DNA from: Eledone cirrhosa
Lineage: Eukaryota
Direction of reading: 5' to 3'
Length of the DNA stretch: 64,000 bases
NCBI GenBank assembly: GCA_964016885.1
Contig: OZ024747.1
Location: 41,168,001 to 41,232,000, forward strand
Part shown: in pieces, positions 57,580 through 64,000 of the stretch
Numbering within the stretch: the stretch's first letter is position 1
How the letters are laid out: each line of letters begins with the position of its first letter
Made by a program: the position numbers and the translations under genes
The notes under the pieces: model-generated
What the model was told of the DNA's origin: nothing
Seen by the model: the letters and a program-made list of their open reading frames with translations, nothing else
Databases searched by the model: none

Positions 57580-58210
57580 ACAAGTGAATGGAGTTCCACT
57601 GAAGCAGCTGGAGAAGTTCAAGTATCTCAGGGCCGTGTTCATGAGTGATGGAAGGTAGGAGGCTGAATTAAGTGCAAGAATTGCAAAAGCTGATGCAGTA
57701 ATGCACCAGCTTCAGCATTCAGTAATCAGAAGAACGGGGGTAGGTGTAAAAGCCAAACTCGCTGTCTTCCTGGTATTTCTGCTAACCCTTACCGAGGTTC
57801 ATAAATCTTGGGCAATGACCGAAAGAATACAATTGCAAATACAAATGGCAGAAATGGGGTTCCTCAGAAGGGTCTTTGGAGTAACGTTACTCGATAAAGG
57901 GCATAGCTCAGAGATCAGAGTCACTCCTGGTAGAGACGCTACTTCTCCGGATTGAGAGATCATATTACGAGCATGAGTTTAGAATGTCTCAGGAAAGAAT
58001 CGCTGGACAGATTTTACAGGCAAAACCAACCAGCAAGAGGCCCAGAGGTAGACTCCAATGAAGATAGTTGCATAACATCCATGAGTTTGGCTGGTCACGC
58101 TTTGGGATCCAGCTGGATCAGAGATGTTGCTTCTGACAGACTAACTGGAAAGAGTGTTTGAGGAAGACTCTGTCCCCATGACCTTCTCGGAAATATGTGG
58201 GTGAAGAAGA
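57580..58210 (+). mobile_element. RTE-like LINE 3' fragment, decayed
   Basis: EKFKYL, AEMGFLRRV.GVTLLDK and a gaagaagaa tail. Confidence 0.7.
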
Positions 58211-59485
58211 AAATATTGTCAATTTACTTTTCAATTTACATATCATATCTATAAGCATATATATTTGCGTATAAAACCAATATGCACACTACATATGCTA
58301 GCAGAAAACCAGCAGAAGGGCGGTTTTTCTGCTAGTAAATATAATAGTAGTTATCAGCAGCACGTGATCAAATCAAAACAAACGCAAGGGAGATAAAATT
58401 ATTTTTAAATGTGTATTGCTTTTGGAAGAGAAGAGCAGTTGATGAAGTGCTTCTTGTGGTGCAGGAAACGTGGAAAATCTTGTAATTTCTCATTGAAATG
58501 AATCGAAAATTAACGGGGTTGGTTTCTATGCAACATATAACTGAAGCAATTTTATTAATTGCTATGTAAAATACAACTATCTATGCAATGGAAAGAAAGG
58601 GGTATGCACATATTGAAAGAAAATGAATAGTTTCAAAATGTAACTGTCATTTAGGCTTTTGGGGCCTAGGCAACGTCTGTGGATTCGTGATATGTTCGAA
58701 CCCCTAATTATAGGTTTAAAAATTGGTCTCATAATGTCGACAGGGCAATTATGTGATCTGGCACACATTCTGTGTATTTACATAATAATTGTAAATGAGT
58801 TGAGTTTGACACTCAGCTCTTATGACTTAATGAAAGCAATTTACGTTTTAATTGTTTTAATTGTCATTCATTGGAAGTTTTAGAGAACGTAGTTAGCAAT
58901 CGGTTTCGAATATGAATGCTAGGGGAAGTTTGCCCACAGGCGAGAGTTTCACCACCTCCGTTCTACGTGATTGATTGATCTGCTAAAAATACCAGCTAAT
59001 TCTTTTCTAATATCACACCTGTAGTCTTTGAAAAAGGAAGGACGCATATTTTGAAAAAAATACGTGATTGTCATAGCTGTAAATCTTTCAGTCATGATTT
59101 ACACAATCAGGGACAAAAGCAACTTAACAATAAATATCACCTGTTGTATATGCCAAAATAATGATTTCTTTATTTGTATATGTCAAATATAACAGTTATT
59201 GAAAACAGTAAGTAGATGAACGAACTGCTGGTTTGTAATTTGAATAATATATTTAGATATTTAGATGTATCTCGTTGGAACAGCTATAACGTAAATAATT
59301 TGACGTTTAATGATACATTAATATTCAATTCATATACCAAAAGTATTGTTTTTTGTGTTTTTTTACTTCAAACTTCACATGGATAACTGTGTAAATCTTG
59401 TTTGTCAGATACGTATATTGGTATATATACAAATACATCTTCAAGTGTATATTAAGTACTTTTTCACGTTTGTACATTCATAGGA

Positions 59486-59598
<113 letters not shown>

Positions 59599-60369
59599 GT
59601 TTGACACATAAAGTAGGCTCTGAATACCATCTTTAATTTTTAAATCATAATAAAATCCACGCTAAAATAAAAAATATATATATATATGTGTGTCTCGGGT
59701 ATTTACAGATGCGGTACTTTATGTTTTTTAATACATGAATATATTTTGTCTTCATTTCAAGTGTGTAAATGTATTTTGTTTGTATATGTAATTACATTTA
59801 TATCCTGAAGTAATTGAAACTGATGGAACAGCATTATAATTTTTCAGAAAACGAAACGGCGAAATGCTTTCAAGTAGAAGCAAAATATAATTATTATCTT
59901 CTTTTATATGTACTTCAGCTATAAATGCTCTAACTTAATCGATTTATTATTTTGAAAATAAATCAATTTAAATTTTGTTTTTCAGATTTTCAATACTTGA
60001 TGTTCATAACTTAAAAATCCAAGAAGCGACAAAGAAAGGTATCTAATGAAACATAAAGCTCTGAATACCAACTTTTTTTAAAAATCATAATAAAATTCAC
60101 GTTAAAACAAATAAATGCAAATATTTGATTTGCTGGGAATATAACTAAATCACTGTTACTTTTGTGTCAAAAATAATTATTTAAAATTTGAAACAATTAT
60201 AATTTGTTTTGTTTTTTTTTTCGTCTATTGACGTGTTACAATTCGCCCGCGTAAGTTTGTCGTTATTTCCATTGTTAGCCAACGTAATTTGTTGAACATT
60301 TAATATTCTTTTATAGTTAAACTAACCAGTAACTTTGTGAGCTGGTTAGTTTTTCTCTATTTATAGCCC

Positions 60370-61490
60370 TTAGAGACTAAACACCAACAACAGCGGCACC
60401 AACCCCGGCAGCAATGTCAACGACAGTGACAGCAAAACCAACAACTCTACCAGCAACACCAATACCAACAACAAACACAAAACCAAAAACACCACCTACA
60501 GCACCAATAGAAGCACCACCACAACCACCAACATCAGAACAAAAGCCACGGTCGTCGTGAAAACACCCAAGGGATCTCCCAACGAAGCTCTACCTCTCTT
60601 TCTTTCCGTCTCTTCAAAACACAAACACACACATAGGCAATTACACAAACACAAACATATCCCCACCTATATCTGGGACAGATTCTACGGACACCGGTAA
60701 CTCCTCATTTCAAAGTGAAGATGAAGGGGAACCTTCACCCCAAAAAAGAAATCACGCAAAAAAACATCTTGCCTCACACTAACACAAATCAGAAAAAGCA
60801 GAAAACACACCCATAGCAAATACAGATACATCTACAACACCAACCCCACCAACACTACAAGCGCGTCAACACAGCCACCGCTATCCCCACCAGCACCACC
60901 AACACTACCACAACCACAACTACCCACAAAAAGAACACAAACAACAGCAAAAACCAACAATACAGACACCAAACTTCGTGCTAGTGAGGAAGGCCAACGA
61001 AGAAATATCTGTCATAGCACGAAGAGAGGATATTGGGAAAGGAGCAATTTGGGGCACCAGCATGTTTAAAGTGCTACAAATTTTGGTGGTCATGTCTCTT
61101 GAAAGATACAAAAACATTTGGGATAGTTTCCCCTACGACATGGGAACCCGTAATGTAAAAGCCGCCAGTAGGCTTTTAAGAGGTTCCCAATGGAATCCCA
61201 ACTAGATATGGATGTCGAACCAACCAATCTCCAACAGCGCCAGGAGGGTAAGTAGCCCCCCCCCCCCCACACACACACACCTTTTTTTTTAAATTTTCCG
61301 GCCATTATGGCAATTTTAAGAGTATGTTGCATAAATGTACGTAGCCTAGGGTCATGCTGGAAGCAAGGTCGCTTGCTCACTGACCTCAGGACACTAGCGA
61401 TAGATGTGACAGTTGTCGGCGAAACCAGGATTTCCGACACGCTCACTCTAAACCCCATTTTTGACAAATTTAAGATCTGCGCATCAGTCT
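60370..61490 (+). mobile_element. Tx1-like LINE remnant (low-complexity ORF1 and start of APE endonuclease)
   Basis: MAILRVCCINVRSL..GRLL.DL...DV...ETR at 61307-61492, with an upstream (ACC/AAC)-rich tract. Confidence 0.6.
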
Positions 61491-62591
61491 AGATATTTTT
61501 CTTATCATACTTCTAAATTCTAGAGATTCATTCTACTTCTATTACTTCTATAGTCGAGAAAATGTGTGTCAGACGTTATATTCGACAGCGAGATGATGTT
61601 CGTTACCTGAGCAGCCATCAGTTCAGTAACGATCTGTTGCTAAACAATGGAGTTAACTCTGACGGCACATTGAAATCTATACTTTGGTGTGGAGGTTCTA
61701 AGGATGTAGAGGCATGTGGCTTTGTGTTTAGAGTATGCGACTTATAGTCTTAAGGTTGTCAGTTCGATTCCTGGCTATACATTGTGTCTTTGAGCAAGGC
61801 ACTTTATTTCATGCTTCTCTCTGGCAAAAATTAGTTATAATTCAGAGGGCCACATCCTCTGTCACGCTGAATCTCCCTGTTAGCTACTTTAAGGATACAC
61901 GTATCTGTGCTTGAGCTTCAGAGCTAGAGGGCGTCCATGCTGACAGTAGTTTCATGGGGGTCAGCTTTGTTCTGCACCCACAACATAACAACTTATCTCT
62001 CTAAACGCCTGCGCATTAAGAGCTCATGGAAAAAAATCTATTTTGCATAATCCATGCTGTTTTTGTGACTGATTTTTCAAAAAATGCTTACGCAATTTTG
62101 ATGTTCTTATTGTGTAACAGTTTATAAAATGTTTAAAATATATTTCTCTTTCGAGTATATTCTATGAATTTCTACAACTTTATTCTGATATATTCTTTAT
62201 ATGTTTGCTTTTCTCGCCATAATCATTTATCTCTCGCTTTTTAATGGAAATTTTCTCTATTCTTACATTTGCTCTCTGTCAGGAAATTGATTTCATATTA
62301 CGAATATATCCATTTTTGCTTCTAATTCTCTGCAATATATGCGCTTGCTATCAATAAATTATTTATAGTGATGTAATAATTTATGTATCTAAATATATTT
62401 TTTTCTTATATTATATTAAATATTCTATTTCTTGCTATGTCTTTCCGCCTGTGATGGAGGTAATTGGAATAGACAATATAAATCCAGCCAGGAAGCCACT
62501 CATAAATATATTCCGGAGTTGTACTTGCTTGGCAAATAATATAAACCGTTATCTTCATTCAGTATGTTTTCTTCTTGGTATAGTATACTAT

Positions 62592-62750
62592 AGGTGGCAA
62601 ATTGGCAGAATCGTTAGAACATCTGATAGAATACTTTGCGGTGTTCGTTCCGGCTCTCTGCTCTTTGAGTTCAAATTCCACCAAAGTCAACTTTGCATTT
62701 CATGCTTTTAAGGTTGATAAAAAAAATGCCAGTCCAGTACTGAGTCGATT
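62592..62750 (+). mobile_element. SINE family 1, diverged; other diverged copies at ~11590, 17610, 33800, 35570, 36420, 37920 and 49520
   Basis: Head ggtggcaaattggcagaatcgttaga and B-box gagttcaaattcc. Confidence 0.7.
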
Positions 62751-64000
62751 CTTCCACTAATTCTCTCTCTCGCCTACTCTCTGTCACTCTTTCTTCTTCT
62801 CTAGTAGAAATCGGTTGTATTCAGACCTGGGAAGGAGGTATGGGTTCTGTTAAGTTTTACATACCCAAGACACACGGCGTCTCTACGATTCTCTCACGAG
62901 TTACGGAACAAAGAGGAAAGTGATTGAATTGAAATATGTCACCAACTGGCCGTACATATTCGTATTCATGTTTGTATTACGTCTCTTCCTCGGCTTTTTC
63001 CATTCTCTTTCATGTTTGCACGTTATGAATAGCTTTTCTCTTTTATATTGTTATCATATATTGATTTCGTATTGTTCCTTTTATCCACTCTCTTTTGGGG
63101 TTCTTTTTCTACGTATACCTTATATCGGATTCCATAATTCTGACCACCCCTGTCGATCCATCTACTCTCACTTCATCCTATTATTCCTTTTGTATTGTTC
63201 TTTGTCTTCCATATTTCCTGTCTATCCTCCTCTTCCTCCTCCCTATTTTCCTTTTATCCCTCCCCCTCTCTTTCCTTGGTTTTGTCACCCCTCCCATCCC
63301 ACTATACTACTACTCTCCTCTCAGAAACTGACATGTCATCCATTTTTATCTATTATTGAACTGATTTTCAGTCGATGGATCAAGAATATTCTAGAATTCT
63401 TTTATCTGTTACTTTGTTTTCTCAAACAGCTTGACAAATGGGAGCTGTCATGATCATTCCATTTCATGAGTTAGAAAATAACAAGATATCAGGGATTAGA
63501 ATCACAATAGATAGATTGTTGCAACTATAGAGCTTTTCCATATTCACACAAAACACAGTCAATTAGTCCACGAAGTTATGTTTCCATGCAATATGAAAAC
63601 CAATGTCTGCAGATGCTCCCATCAAGTTGCATTGGAGCGTAATCATTCAGCTATCCGAATCTGGAGAGCTTCTGTGTGGTCGCGTAGCCTGCTAGAAATA
63701 GTAGCCAATTATCCTATAAAAATTAAGAAACATGGTAATAAAAAGAAAAATGAGCTGATAATGCTGAATTTCAACATAGGTCTGCTTGTTCAAAGTTGAT
63801 CTCGGGGTTAAGCAACAGCAATAACCATCTCCTAGGCCTGCCCACCTATACTATTCATCTCTTAAATCAGTTTTATTTTATTTTTTCTAATACATGCTAT
63901 ATTTCATTAACTATATCTGTGCTGAAAGCTCGTGGCTTACTGTTTAAGGGTGTTGGGCTTACAATCGTAAGATCACAAAACACCTTGTCCAAGCTTCCCC

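Noticed and set aside
62920-63453. 177-aa hydrophobic ORF
   Set aside because: It arises from T/C-rich low-complexity sequence with a non-ATG start and no domain.

Overview
This is AT-rich, repeat-dense eukaryotic DNA with no confidently supportable host gene. The SINE family and the (TA)n/(CA)n/(TACA)n density suggest a cephalopod or octopus genome (inference). It holds decayed retroelements: R4/Dong-like RT plus restriction-like endonuclease (REL) LINEs, several of them stacked in (TACA)n tracts, Tx1/L1-like, RTE-like and CRE-like LINEs, a Mag-like Gypsy element with both LTRs and a 5-bp TSD, Penelope-like RT/GIY-YIG remnants, a mariner remnant and many tRNA-derived SINEs. The main unexplained signal is non-coding. 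At least eight sequence-distinct groups of short elements, mostly fold-back or tandem and mostly inside or next to (TA)n tracts, carry a type I hammerhead ribozyme (HHR) core that I folded by eye. They include a ~561-bp unit present as one inverted plus ~3.3 tandem copies (retrozyme or Penelope pseudo-LTR architecture). Several carry a compensatory U3-A8 core (TTGANAA) that a CTGANGA motif search would miss. In one family the fold-back apex recurs inside HHR stem II. All coordinates were read by eye and boundaries of decayed elements are approximate. No database search or folding program was run.
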